NCBI GenBank assembly: GCA_030390025.1
Contig: CM059438.1
Span: forward strand, 7,502,001-7,566,000
Direction: 5' to 3'
DNA from: Squalus acanthias
Lineage: Eukaryota
Length of the DNA: 64,000 nucleotides
Below the pieces are notes generated by a model, which was not told the DNA's origin, ran no database searches, and was given only the letters and a program-made list of their open reading frames with translations. Each line of letters starts with the position of its first letter. Positions within the stretch are counted from its first letter, which is position 1. The position numbers and the translations under genes are program-made. Positions 11,472 to 24,549 of the stretch are shown here, piece after piece.

Positions 11472-13924
11472 CCCCACCCACCCCTCCATAGTTCAACGGG
11501 GTCACGAGCAGGGGTCATTGGCGCATTGCAATTATCACTCTTCGGCATTTACGACCAGAGAAAGGTAGGCCTGGGGTGGGGTGGGGTCCTTTCTCAGCAG
11601 CAGGGTGGGGCCCGGGTTTGTTTGTGTGGAGCCCAGAGGAGCACTCCTGCTCCTACCTACCCCACAAAAATAAATAGGAACTTACATTCTGGGCTCCTCT
11701 TTGGCTGGAGCACCAGCGGAGAGTACATAGCACGCACTACCACCGCAATCGGGATCCCCTGCTCTTTCCCCATAGCCCTGTGCATTTTCCCGGTGCAGCT
11801 CACCAGATTGCGGCTTCAAAATCGGGCCGGGGCATCCCCCAGCAAGGGGGGGGGGGGGGTCGGGACCACGGAGTGTGAGGGCCTCCTGGGGTAGCAGCAG
11901 CCCCAGTTATTTTGATGGGTTCCAGAGGAGCGTCCAGTCTACGATGGGTGACATATGATACTATTCTAGGGAGAATTGCCTTTCGTGACTTTATTGACTT
12001 TGAGCCATATCGTTTCTGAAGCCCCTTGGCAGACTTGCTTCAGTTTTCGTCAAGGAATTGGACAAAGCCGTGGGTTGCCTCGAAACACGAATGAAACATG
12101 CAACAGTGTTTCAATGGCTTTGAGGTCAGACATCTTTCACTGGTGATAGTCCGGATTGTACCTTTCGTTCCACTCTTAAATTGCAATTCTTCCCTCCCAG
12201 GAAGAGAAGCCAGGACCCTCTTTCTGGGCGATGACTTTGGTCCAGAAAATTCCTGTGTGAATTTTGAGATGAGATCGATGCCTCTGCCTAATGTGTACTT
12301 GGCAAAGCAGATTGAAAGTCACTGGCTCATGAAACAAAAGAAGAGTTTTTCATCTTCAGTGAAGATCTTCCCTGTTACATACTGCCAACAATTAGGAGAC
12401 TTTGTGGGGACAATATATTCAAGCATTTAGACGCCTTCCATGCAGAAAAGAGAAATGTATTCAAAGGAAGATTTATATTCTAACCTATTGGCTGACTGGT
12501 TTCCTAATATCATAGGGCAGTCAGACATAATGAGGAAGCAGGTGGAAGACAGACCACTGTGGAAAAATGTTAACATTAAGTCAGGGAGCTGGAACCAAGG
12601 CAAACCTTGATTTCTATTTTAAGGTTGATCTTGTCGCATGCAGGGCTGACGTTAAGCGCCTGCTCAGCAGAGTGAGCCATGTAAAACTAAAGACAGAGGT
12701 TGTCATTGCTTAACCCCCTCGTCTGTTCTGAGTTAACTGATTTCAGCCAGGGTTACAATCGGGATGGCTCACCTGGTATGCACGGCCCAGGATAGAGGCG
12801 GCGGAGAATCGGCCAGGGCTCCGGCTCACTACTGCTGACAAAAGCTGCATGTGTGAACGTTGGGTGAGGACCAGACCAACCTCACCTGTGATGCCCATCA
12901 TGCCCAAATATCCGGCCAACACTTACTGTCAATGTTCACACAAAAAGAATGGTCACTTGAATGAGTGGGGGGAAGGGGTATGTGTGTGGGGGGAGGGGGG
13001 CGGGGGTTACCTTACATTTGTCCATACTAATTTACTATTCTCTGTCACCACCTCCAGTAAATGAGGGGAGAAAACGCAAACAGAAATTTCTCAAAACCTG
13101 CCATTTTACTTCGTGGGGCATTCATTAAGGGTGCGGAGTTTGACCATTTCACAGGATATTGTCAGCATTAAACTGCTGCGTGTCGTTGCAGACTGTGCAG
13201 TTAACCTCTGTTGGGCAGTAAACTGTGTAGTATTTTGTTTCCTAAATAGGAATTTGTTTTGCGAAGCTACAGCACCAATGGCCTGAGTTGCCTCTGCTTC
13301 TGCCGTGTCCCTAAGACTGTTGTGAGTTTTGACAAACACAACTAAAACACCGCTTTAACAAGCGAAAGCTCCTTGTCTGTTGGAAGGATGGAAATTCAAT
13401 ATTTAATTGCCTTGCCAATAGTACAGACCACAAGCTACTTTCTATACCTGAAATATTCAATTCTGCAATGTCTGATGTAAAGGGGGAATAGACAAGGGAA
13501 ATGGCAGAGTCCAGGGGATTTTTGTCTTTTTTTGCAGACTCAATTTTAAAAGAAAGCAGCGTTGCAAATGAATGAATATTGGAATTGGCTAGTTGTGTCA
13601 AAAGGGCAGCAGACCAACATCAAGACAGTTCCTGCAGAATTTAGAAGAGTTTCACATTTGCGACGTTTCTGCAACGGACTCATAACTTCAAATCATTAGT
13701 ACCAGTAATTAAATAATTTTAACTCTATGTCCGTTCATTCATCTCTGTTACATTGTCCGGGCAATAAATCCTCCCCCATTTATAATGTGAGAAATGGTGG
13801 AATCTATTATAAAGAAAGTAATTCAAACACACACTTAATGAGCATAAAGGCAATGAATCAGTGCGCTGGGATTTTTGAAAGATGGCTCATTCGAGCAAAC
13901 TTCACTAGAATTTGAAAGATGAAT

Positions 13925-14060
13925 CAGGAAGTGCTGGAGAAGCACAGTAGGTTGGTCAGCGTCTGAAAAGAGGAAAGACAGGTTAACATTCTGAGTGTGA
14001 CACTACTTCAGATGCTGAAAGATTTGCTGTGTACTTTATTTCAAATTTTCAGCAATTACA
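13925..14060. mobile_element. Degenerate Penelope-like remnant
   Basis: Resembles 49096-49196, with a decayed hammerhead-like segment. Confidence 0.5.
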
Positions 14061-14746
14061 TTTAAAATGAAATCTCTAATGGAACTTGAAGAGGTAACAG
14101 AACAGATGGACGATGGAGTTGGAATATTATAGGATAACCTTTTGCAAATATATGCTCCCAGCATGGACCCTTACCTGTGGGCAGCGTATATCAGGAATGC
14201 GGATGAGGAGGCCAATGCAGAATGAATAGATGGACAGTCCTGTACGACCCACTGACCACTGGCTGAATTCCCAATACAGGTCTCTGACAGGAGTAGCTCT
14301 GTTCTGGGAGCATAAGTTCATCAAATAGCCCTTTACATAGTCAGAAGGTTGGTTTCGGGCCTCACTCCAGACAGCCCTGGCGAGTGGATACCGGAGCGCT
14401 GGCTCTGAATACCGCACTGATGTGCAGCAGGGGTCCCTGTGTGTCAGCCGGGTGTGGGTCACCCACTCCCTCCATCGTAAAGGGGAGGCGGGGCGCTTTA
14501 GCCTTGGTTGCAGCTCACCTTTAGGAGTAATTGTGGTTTGTACCGAAGCTTAAAACTGTGAGGAAGGCAACAGGGAAACCACCTCAGCTCCTCTTCCCTG
14601 GGAAGTGGCTCAAGAATCTCAAGTGAGACTTGAATTAGGACCTGCAGAACACAATGGATGGTTGGCCTCTTGCATATCTTTTGGAAAGCGTCTCATAAGG
14701 TCCATTACAATAAAGATACAGCAGAAGTGAAAGCTTTTGAGATTCA

Positions 14747-15496
14747 GGGCTGGATTTTGAATGACCCATGGAGTCGGGTTTGGAGGCGTGTGGGGGGTTA
14801 AATTTGCGGGGTCGGGGTTTCCGACCCCATCCCGACCCCACGCAATTTTGACAAAATCAATCGCGGGGTTCCCGACTTCGTCCTGCCTCCAAGAGGCGGG
14901 AGAGGCCATTAAAGCCCTTAACAAGCTCTAAATTGGCTCTGTAATGCCATTTTGAAACGTTTTAGCTAGTTTAACCCCTTTCCGACGTGAAGTACGCCTG
15001 GTGTGAAACACTCCAGTGAAACCTGGCGGGAGCACAAGTGGACAGCTGACTATCAGCTGCAGGTCCACTATTACAACGGAGATGTGATGAAGGTAGTAGT
15101 AGTATTAGGTCTGAAAGTCGCCGCTGCTGCATTGAATGTGTTCAGAGACTGCCTGGCCTTTGCTGTGAGAGGACTTGGATGCAAAAAAAATTCTCTCTCT
15201 CTCTCTCTCACTCACTCTCACATATTTTGCATCCAGGTCCACTCACATCAAAAGCAAGCCAGGCAGGCCCTCTCTCACCAACAGTCTCTGAGACTAGGCA
15301 GTCAGCAATGATGACATCATCAGAGGCGACTTTCAGACTGAAACCACTAATTGGTTCATGGGTTCCCACATGCTGGAACTCAATTGCCCAATTCAGTGAA
15401 AATTGCATCATTCATCCACATTAATCTGGAGTCGGGAGGGAAACACGAAATGCGGATTACACGACCCCAACCCGACCCCAAGACAAAATCCAGCCC
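14747..15496. mobile_element. Harbinger-type MITE, deletion relative of 34478-37713
   Basis: TIRs gggctggattttg / caaaatccagccc. Both subterminal regions align by eye with the 3.2-kb element. TSD not preserved. Confidence 0.8.
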
Positions 15497-16345
15497 AAAG
15501 TGTTCTTATTTATAGGAATTTCCGTGATAAATGGAAAAATCAAGGTTCTTAATTGTAGAGGAATAAAGGAGGCAAAAAAAAGGGGGGGGGGATCAACAAA
15601 AGATGAAGAACGTAAAAAGAGCAAAAAGAAAAGCACTTGGGTATCATAATTCAAAATGAGGGGCAAGCATAGTGGCACTTCTCCCACACCTGATACCTTA
15701 ACAGTGAGGGGAATTGATTCTGTGTATCTCATTGCATTTCCAGTGAGGAATTCTCAGGTGGCAGTGGTATTCCTCTTTATGGAAGGAGAGAAAACCAGGC
15801 CGACTGCAATCCTTAGGCAGGTTTCACAGTCGTGCTGCTCAAGGCCTGGGTTCAGGACAAACCCCCCGTCCTACTTGGTCGCAGGTGGTGAGTAGGGCCG
15901 GAGAACGGGAGAGAAAATCTAGGGATATATTTTGCTCTTTTAGCTGGTAAAGATCTCTCTTGTACTTTGTTCTAGATTTAAATGCCCTAAAATCAAAATG
16001 GAAGCTGGCAGTTCCTTTCCTGTTGTTGAAGCACAATTTGTATGTCAGGAGCGGCAGTAAATTGGCCAATTATGACGCACTTGTAAAATGCTGGTTTCAC
16101 AATCTTCTAAATTGCCTCAATCGGTATGAATGCTAAATGTTTAGGTGAGCCTAGCTGTGAAGTATGCAGATGATAGCAAAACTTTGCATTCATAGCTGGC
16201 CCCCAAATTTGAAAGAAAACAATTTGCAAACTGGGACATGGAGACAATGATAAATTTCATTATGGAGATACTGAGGTAGAAACTGGTCATCGTTGCACCC
16301 GTTTCCCGGAAGGGAAAGCAGGGCAAAGTGACTAATTTCACAGAG

Positions 16346-16823
16346 CCAGGCCCCAAGGACATTTTGGCCCTGGACGATTTTCAGGCGTCTAGGGTGGCCG
16401 CCTATATTGGGCGTTAGGCCCCTTGCATATGCTAATGAGGGGCTAACGCCTGTTTTAGGACTCCTCGGGGGAAATTGGGCTGCCCTGAACACAGGCCTGC
16501 TCCAACGTAGTATTGCAGGCATGGATGCGGCCCAGCAAGTGGCCCCCCCCACCATAAAGTAAGTTTAATTGTTTCTTAAAATTCATGTGGAGCCAAGTTG
16601 CGCAGGAGCGTGCCTCCCAGCTCCACAGCATTCCTGCTGGTCGCAATCGCCCGCTGTCCTCCCACCACCCCTCGGCACTTAACCTGGGGCATGCAGCCCA
16701 AAATTCATCTTCTGAAATGGGCCTGTGGAGGCCTGAGGACCGAGGCCCAATTTTGGGCTGGCCTTGGGCCTTCTGGTTGGGGCCCGCGCTACTTCCGAAA
16801 CCAGGCCCGGACGAATTTCTGGC
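16346..16823. mobile_element. Harbinger-type MITE, approximate limits
   Basis: GC-rich block ending gaatttctggctc, sharing its hairpin block with 6444-7238. Confidence 0.5.
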
Positions 16824-18224
16824 TCACTGTATTTACGCTGACGTATGAATGAATTTCCAAGTCTGACAAATAATCCTCCTTTCTGTGTGTGGTTTTGAAG
16901 GCATTCGATGAAGATTGATGTAGGCATTTATTGGCAGAGAGAATTCTTTAAACAGATGTAGCATTATTCAGTGCAATTAATTAACACTTTAAAAAAAAAA
17001 TTCAAAAGTCCCATTTTAAATATATGTAAGTGGAAAAATGTTATTAACATATCAGCAATTAAACTTATGCTATAACAAAATCTATAGTGTAGCTGTTAAT
17101 TCATTAAGGTTGATGCAAGCCATGTCATCTTTTTAATATAACGAAAATCTAGCAATCAAATTAAAGGATGCATAACTATAACTGTCAGTGAGGATTTGAA
17201 AGGTAACCATTCTAAACGAAGAAGTGCAAAGTACCTTTCATGCTGATTACAGGCACAAAGGGAAAACATAGACCTGGAATCATAGAACGTTACAGCACCA
17301 AATCAGGCCATTCAGCCCATCTCGTTTTCACTGGAGTTTTTCACCACACGAGCCACTCGCTCTCCTGCTCGCTCCCTATATCCTTTAATATTTCTTTTTT
17401 TAAAAAAAAACAAAGCTCTGATTTGCTTTTAGAAGAATTAATGAACTTTTTCTTGGAACTGCTGAACCAAACAAACCTCACGGGTACCAGCTGCCCTCGG
17501 GCAATACCTCATTTCCAGGGCAGGAGAGTCAAATAGAAACCAAATCTCGCCCTACTCCCTTAACCCCACAATTGGCTGCCGTGCCTTCAGCCGCTTAGGC
17601 TCCACGCTCTAGAATTCCCTCCCTAAACCTCTGCATCTCCCTCTCCTCCTTTAATACTCTCCTTGCCACATTAATGGCGCTCTATAAACGCAAGCTGTTG
17701 TTGTTGAACTGGAGAATCTGAGGGAAGGAGAGTCAAATGGAAACAGACCTGGAGAATCTGAGGGCAACGAATGATAAATCAGTAGAAGGGCTGAGAAAGT
17801 TGTCCAAAATATATAAGGAGCAATAAAACAATAGTCTCTAAATTTCCTTATGTGGGTAATTAGTTCTAAGCTAATAGATTTTCAATCAATTTATCACAAT
17901 TAACCTATGTTCCTCCAGAACTCATCTTCTGCATATAAGTTATGATTTATTGTAGTCTGAATTGTAATTAATCTGATTTTTGACTCGATTGCGGTATTTA
18001 ATGTGACTTTATTAGGGAAGATATTAATAAAAGTTAATTTGTTTCCAAAAAAAAAATACTGACGCTGATAAATGATTAAATGGATTTGCACGACAGGCAA
18101 ATTTTCCTCCGGGCTGTAAGTGGATGGTGATTTGGGACTGGCACCGAGTCGTGTTGATGAGGAGCTGCAACTAGTTACTCCAGGAAATCTGGCATTTAGT
18201 ATTTTAAATAGTACTACAAACACT

Positions 18225-18648
18225 TTCCCATCTTCCACCCTCCATAAACTTAGCTCATCCAAAACTCGCATTCTAACTCGCACCAACTCCCTCCGTGGCC
18301 TCGCCCCTCCCTATCTCTGCAACCTCCTCCAGCCCTACAACCCTCCGAGAACTCTACATTCCTCCAACTCTGGCCTCTCGTGCACTCCCACTTCCTTCAC
18401 CCCACCCTAAGCTCTGGAGTTTCCTCCCCAAACCTGTCCGCCTCTCTCCCTCCTTTAAGACCCTCCTTAAAACCTATCTCTTTGACCAAGTTTTTTTGTC
18501 ACCTGTCTCAATGTCTCCTTCTTTGACACAGTGTCAATTTTTGTGAGATTATGCTGATCAGGATTTCTGTACTCAAGTCCCTGGAGTGGGCCAACAACCT
18601 TTTGACTCAGAGGTGAGAGTGCTACCAACTGAGCACACAGCCGACACC
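18225..18648. mobile_element. L2 3' fragment (+) followed by a SINE head (-)
   Basis: Similarity to 7870-8330 and to the SINE head consensus. Confidence 0.75.
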
Positions 18649-18671
18649 ATAGAATACGGGCAGATACATAT

Positions 18672-19202
18672 GGGCTGGATTTTCATTGACCCGTGGAGGC
18701 GGATTTGGAGGCGTGTGGGGGGTTAAAATTGCGAAAACTGGCGGGCGGGCACAAGTCCGCCTCCATCCCGCCTCCACGCAATTTTCATTAAATCGTGTCT
18801 GCTGGTCCCGACTCCGTCCCGCCTTTAAGAGACGGGATAGGCTGTTAAGGCTCTTAACAAGCACTAAATTGGCTCTATAATGCCATTTTGAAAGGCCTTT
18901 GTGATTTTAACCCTTGTTCTACGTGAAGCACGCCTGTTCTGAACCACGATTGTGAAACCTGGCGGGAGCATGGCTGCTGGCTGGCTGGCTATGGGGATGC
19001 ATATATGGATGGATGTATATATGGATGGATAGAGAGGAGACATATCTGGGAGTGGTGGTGTAAAAATATCTGGGAGCAGACTTAGGGCTGCTGCTTATTT
19101 TGCAGGTCCTCTCACAGCAAAGGCCAGGCAGTCTTTGAAGACCTTCAATGCAGCCGGGTGGATGACACGACCCCAACCTGCCCCAGTATAAAAATCCAGC
19201 CC
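18672..19202. mobile_element. Harbinger-type MITE with an internal (ATGG)n tract
   Basis: TIRs gggctggatttt / aaaatccagccc. Left ~300 bp is colinear with 14747-15040. Confidence 0.8.
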
Positions 19203-19209
19203 ATAGATC

Positions 19210-20330
19210 AGAAGTGATACTGACTTTCTATGAAACACTGATGAGAGCACACCTGGAGTAAAGTGTCCATTTAGGCCCATTGTATGAACCAAAAGATATA
19301 CAGGTAGCAGAAACCATTAAGAGGAGGACAACAAGGATGGTTCTGTGTTTCAGACCATTGAGCTAGAGAGAAGTCTGAGCAAGATAAATGTGTCCTCATT
19401 GGAAAAAAAGATTATGCAGGGAACACGACCTAACTTGTTACAATAATGAAAGGAATCAATAAGATGGATGAATTTTGTGTAGAATTAGGAGATGAGAAAC
19501 GAGGGACATGATTCTAAACTGGAAGGGCCACAAGTGGAGCCTAATTTTGAGGGCAACTTCTTCACAATTAAGAATTGTTCATCTAGGGGACTGACTGCCA
19601 CCCAATGCATCGCATGCAGAGTCATTTAGCTCATTCAAAAAGGAACGGAACAGAAACCCAATTAAGTAGGGACTAGGTCTAGGATATGAAAGAGGTGCAA
19701 AAAGGCCTAAATAGCAATGCATAGCTGATGCACCCAATAAAGTTTTCTTGCTCCTGCCATCTTGTGGTTTTAAGTCAATGTTTTGCGTGCAGATAAAATT
19801 GAAACCCTGGTCCATGCCTTCGTCACCTTGAATGTTCTCCTGGCCTCAACCCTCCACAAGCTTCAGCTCATCCAAAGCACCACAACCCACATAAAGCCCC
19901 ACGCATTCCTCATCCCTGTCCTCGCCATGCTCTAATGGGTTCCGGTGGCCAAGGGATTTAAGTTCAGAATTTGGGGGTTTACTTTCAAATCCCCCTATAA
20001 CCTCACCCCATCCTCCCTTGATAATCTCCCCCTGCCTTTTATCACCACGTCCACCCTCTGATGCTGTGATACTGACCTTCGCCTTGTCCCTTGCTCCCTC
20101 TGGTTTACCATTGGTGGCTGCTCATACAGCCACTGTTGCTGCTGCCCTCGAGAACTGGTTCCCTCCATCGTGCCACCACCCTCCTTGTTTTCAAAAACTT
20201 ATGAAAATCCATCATTTCTACCATGTTGTTGGCCTTCTCACCCCCCCTTACTTCTCACCATTTTTCCCTTTTGCTTTCCTGCGTGACATCTACTGTTTCA
20301 ATTTTTCTTTAACAAAAAGTGCTTTGAGAT
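19210..20330 (+). mobile_element. Old CR1 (19210-19700) and L2 (19810-20330) remnants
   Basis: Degenerate cacacctggagta and aacttcttcaca (CR1) and cttcagctcatccaaa (L2) motifs. Confidence 0.55.
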
Positions 20331-20395
20331 GTGTTCCTGCAAGTGAGGAGCATTTTAACCAGAGGAATCGAGCACAAATTCCAGGAGGTGATGAT

Positions 20396-21060
20396 GGCCC
20401 TGATATTTACGGGGAGGCGGGGGAGGGAGCAGGGGCAACTGTCAGCGGCTGGGAAACTCGGAAATACAGGGAAAGGCAGGACCTGCGTTTGAATATTTTT
20501 ACTCAGTTTCCCGCACGGCAGCCAGCCAGATTGAGAGACTGGTTGCCGGGCGGGAAAGCCTGAAGTTCAAAGCCGCAGCTAGGGACCGGAGAGGAGGGAG
20601 GGAGAGATCGCGGGGGAGGCGATGGCGGGGTGCGGGGGTGGCTTGCGGGGGATGGGGGGGCGGGGTGGCGGTGGGTGGATTGCGGGGGGGGTGGGGGGGC
20701 AAGACCTCAGATCGGGGGGGGTCGGCCGATCGCAGCAGGTTAGCTTGGGGGAAGCACTCCTGCTCCTCCTGGCCCAAAAGCAGTGCTGGAAACGCACTTA
20801 CCTGCTGCGGCCATCAGTTGTCACCCCCCTTTGGCTGCCGGGTTTTCCAAACCCTGGGAAACCTGACTCACAACCGTTATAGCCACACGGCCGCTACAAT
20901 CTGAGGCACGCAGCCTCGTTTAAATATTATAATTACAGACCCGCCTCTCGAGAGCAGGTCACTCACCTGACCCCCAACCCGCCCCGGTTAAACCGGACGT
21001 AGTCACGTTCGCGGTGGGTTAGGGTCGGGTTTCCCATTTTTAACAACTTTCGATCTCGCC
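20396..21060. mobile_element. GC-rich Harbinger-type MITE, right end unclear
   Basis: Starts ggccctgatattta. Shares gcactcctgctcct with the fragment at 11510-11930. Confidence 0.5.
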
Positions 21061-21485
21061 GTTGCGAACTTACTCCGAAATTTCCTGGATTTACAATTTG
21101 AATGCGCCTCAGCGAGCACCGCGGCGAATCAGAAGTGGCGCGGCCAATGTCCAAATAAGTTCTAGAGAGTTTGGCGATTTACTTCATCTAGAACGCCCTG
21201 AAAGAGTCCAGGATCTTTATCAGAGAGGATCTTCCAAAGTCATTTTGTCCGTCCGTTTCTTACTAAAATGAATGTGAAACAGAAGAATTCCCAGAATATA
21301 AGATTTTAATGAAACCGTCCTTTTGTAGTTCTTACTAAACATGTGAAAGGTTAACAGCACGAATATAAGAATTGGCTGGATGAAATTTGTACCTCTTATA
21401 ACTGTCCATTTTCTGTCCTCCAAGAACACTATTGGTTAAATCTAGTTTATGCAGGTTTTTCTAGTGCTTCTCTTTGCTGATCTTA

Positions 21486-21951
21486 GTGTCAGCCATGGCT
21501 CAGTGGGTAGCACTCTCACCTCTGAGTCAGAAGGTTGTGGGTTCAAGTTCCACTCCAGAGACTTGAGCACAAAAATCTAGGCTGACACTCCAGTGCAGTG
21601 CTGAGGGAGTGCTGCACTATCGGAGGTGCCGTCTTTTGGATGAGATGTTAAACCGAGGCCCCGTCTGCTCTCTCAGGTGGATGTAAAAGATCCCATGGCA
21701 CTATTTCGAAGAAAAGCAGGGGAGTTATCCCCAGTGTCCTGGCCAATATTTATCCCTCAATCAACATAACAAAAACAGATTATCTGGTCATTATCACATT
21801 GCTGTTTGCGGGAGCTTGCTGTGCACAAATTGGCTGCTGCGTTTCCTACCTTACAACAGTGACTACACTTCGAAAGTACTTCATTGGCTGTAAAGTGCTT
21901 TGGGAAGTCTGGTGGCCGTGAAAGGCGTTATAGAAATGCAAGTCTTTCTTT
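21486..21951 (+). mobile_element. Full-length Deu-domain SINE (SacSINE1-like)
   Basis: tRNA-derived A/B boxes, Deu core ggatgagatgttaaaccgagg...aaagatcccatggcact...gtgtcctggccaa, L2-like tail. Confidence 0.9.
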
Positions 21952-23406
21952 ATCTACATTGTCTGTATTGAACAGTTTATTTATTGATTAGCTGTATCAT
22001 GGAGACTGTTGCTAAATAGGCAAAGGCATCACTCCCTGTGTAGACCTTTTCATTAGCCTTAACCCTAGCCATTTCACAAAAAAATGGAGGCAAGACTAAA
22101 ATACAGCTGGTACATTTACAAGACTGGGTGATGAGGGGTAGATTTCAATGTGTACAGGCTGTTGCGAATTGGTTTTTGCATTACACTTTCACGCATAGAT
22201 ACAACACCTATTTGGTCTATTTCCAATAGGATGTCTTATTGCAGACGACACCGCTGCAGTTTATCCTCAGGCCGTGGTTATTCAGTATACAGCTTTTAGG
22301 AGTACACGTACATTTCTGATAAGCCGTATATAAGCCTTAGACTTGAGCTAGGCTTTTCGGCTATTGCCGAGGCTGTGGAGAATTGTGGGAGTAGGATTCA
22401 GGACGGAAAGGCCTTTAATCTGGATCAATGGGCAAAAGGAGCTGTCAGTTTAAAAAAAAACCTCCTTTGCTTCAATCAACTGACAATCCCTTTAGTTCCG
22501 CAAACAAATCTGGCAAACTTTGTTGCATGGTTTGAAACGTTACGGTCACAAGCCACATTTTAAATGTGTTCATTAAATCAGACTACAATAATAAACCGCT
22601 GACTAATTTCCCAAGGTAATGAAATCCTGATAAATCTCCCAGCTGGTAGCCAAAGTAATTTCCTGTAGTTTTACTTGAAAACTCGTAAATTGAACTGCAG
22701 ATGGATCCTTTAAGTCCATAAATCAGGCCGCTGCAGGGTCACCGGGGGTCCACCAGCCCCATCAGTTTACTGACTAAGTGGAAGCAGCGATAGTAGTAGC
22801 GTTAAATTCAGGAAATTTGCGATTGCCTTGATTTTAATGGGGATTCACTGTGTCTATTAACACCACTGTGTCAGCCAAAGAGTTGCACTGTGTCAGCTGG
22901 TGAGTTGGAGGCGGGGCGGGACTAATGACAAACAGAGTCTATTTTACAGCAAACCAAGCCTATTTAATCAGCAAACAACAAACAGAGTCTACTTAAATAG
23001 AGTCTCTACAAACTACAGTAAATAGAACTCATGACTGAAAGTCTCCCGATAAAAGCAGAGTGATTTCTCCAGTAAAATACAGTGAGTGGAGGATAGTTAC
23101 ACAATACAAATTATGTGCGTCAAGTCAATCCCGGTCACTTACAGCAGTGATTGACGGGGGAATTACCCAATCATCTCCATTCTAGCTGGGACTTGTGGTA
23201 TCACTATATGCAGCCGTGTAAATTAACCTCTCACTGTTTTGGCGAGCGTAATGGCAAAAGTCCCAGGAAATAATGCCATAAGTAATGGTGTAGGTCACTT
23301 ACGCCACAACATCCTTTCTCTTTTGCATCATAAACTAGATCCTGTGCAGTAGATGCGCCAAGTCACCAGGAAATTCTGGGCCATGCTTGGCTCCTTGTGC
23401 TCTAAT

Positions 23407-24037
23407 ACATAAGAACATAAGAAATAGGAGCAGGAGTCGGCCATTTGGCCCTTCGAGCCTTGTCCACCATTCAATAAGATCATTGCTGGTCTTCTACTTC
23501 ATCTCCACTTTCCTGCACTATCCCCATATCCCTTGATTCCCTTAATATTCAAAAATGTATCGATCTCTGTTTTGAATATACTCAACGACTAAGACTCCAC
23601 AGCCCTCTGGGGTAGAGAATTCCAAAGATTCACCACCCTCTGAGTGAAGAAATTTCTCCTCATCTCAGTCCTCAATAGCTGACCCCTTATTCTGAGACTG
23701 TGACCCTGGTTCTAGACTCTCCAGCCAGGGGAAAAATCCTCCCTGCATCTACCCTGTCAAGCCCTGTAAGAATTTTGTATGTTTCAATGAGATCAACACT
23801 CATTTTCTCAACTCCAGAGAATATAGGCCTAGTCTACTCAATCTCTCCTCATAGGACAATCCCTCCATCCCAGGAACCAGTCTGGTGAACCTTCGTTGCA
23901 CTCCCTCTATGGCAAGTATATCCTTCCTTAGGTAAGGAGACCTAAACTGTACATAATAGTCCAGGTGTGGTCTCACCAGGGCCCTATATAATTGCAGTAA
24001 GACATCTTTACTCTTATACTCAAATCCTCTTATAATA
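23407..24037 (-). mobile_element. CR1 LINE 3' fragment
   Basis: (catAAGAA)n tail and the ORF 23800-24048 motif LYRALVRPHLDY. Confidence 0.92.
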
Positions 24038-24549
24038 ATTAAATACATTTAATTTAAAATCTTATTTAGTGTACTTCTAATGGGGACTGATACACAGTTG
24101 AATGACAGACATTAGGGAAGCATAGAACATTCCTGCATTCACAATGTTTTCAAGATTAACTGAACTATTGTTTGCTTGCTTGTTTTGTTAAAGGATTATT
24201 TTTTACATTTCCAAACATAGAGGGGCAATTTCATGGTGTGCATTGGTGGTGAGCAAGGTTCCTTGCCACCAGGGTCTCCTTGGAAAATCTAGGCCATCTT
24301 ATTTTCTCTCTGAGCCCAACCATGAAGGCGGCCAGCCACTTGGAGGAAGGCAGGGATGGGATCATGCCCATACCCACGGAATTGTACCCCATCACAAGTC
24401 ACTGCCTATGGGAGAGGGGGACGAAAAGAACATCCAAATCCATGTGACCTTTATGCAGCATTGATCATTAAAGTTAAGAAAGTAACTTTACCCAATAAGT
24501 ATATTTTTAATTTGAATAATAATTGAATGTGATTTAACATTGGTAGTGG

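Noticed and set aside
12201-12430. Possible extra exon after a strong-looking acceptor (ttccctcccag)
   Set aside because: The translation does not resemble SorCS or any protein I recognise, and no convincing donor follows.
14151-14314. Short inverted repeat tatgctcccag / ctgggagcata
   Set aside because: Only 11 bp, with no TSD and no second copy in the window, so it is too weak to call.
21486-21560. tRNA gene
   Set aside because: It is a SINE head with A/B boxes that continues into the Deu core, and it is repeated many times in the window.
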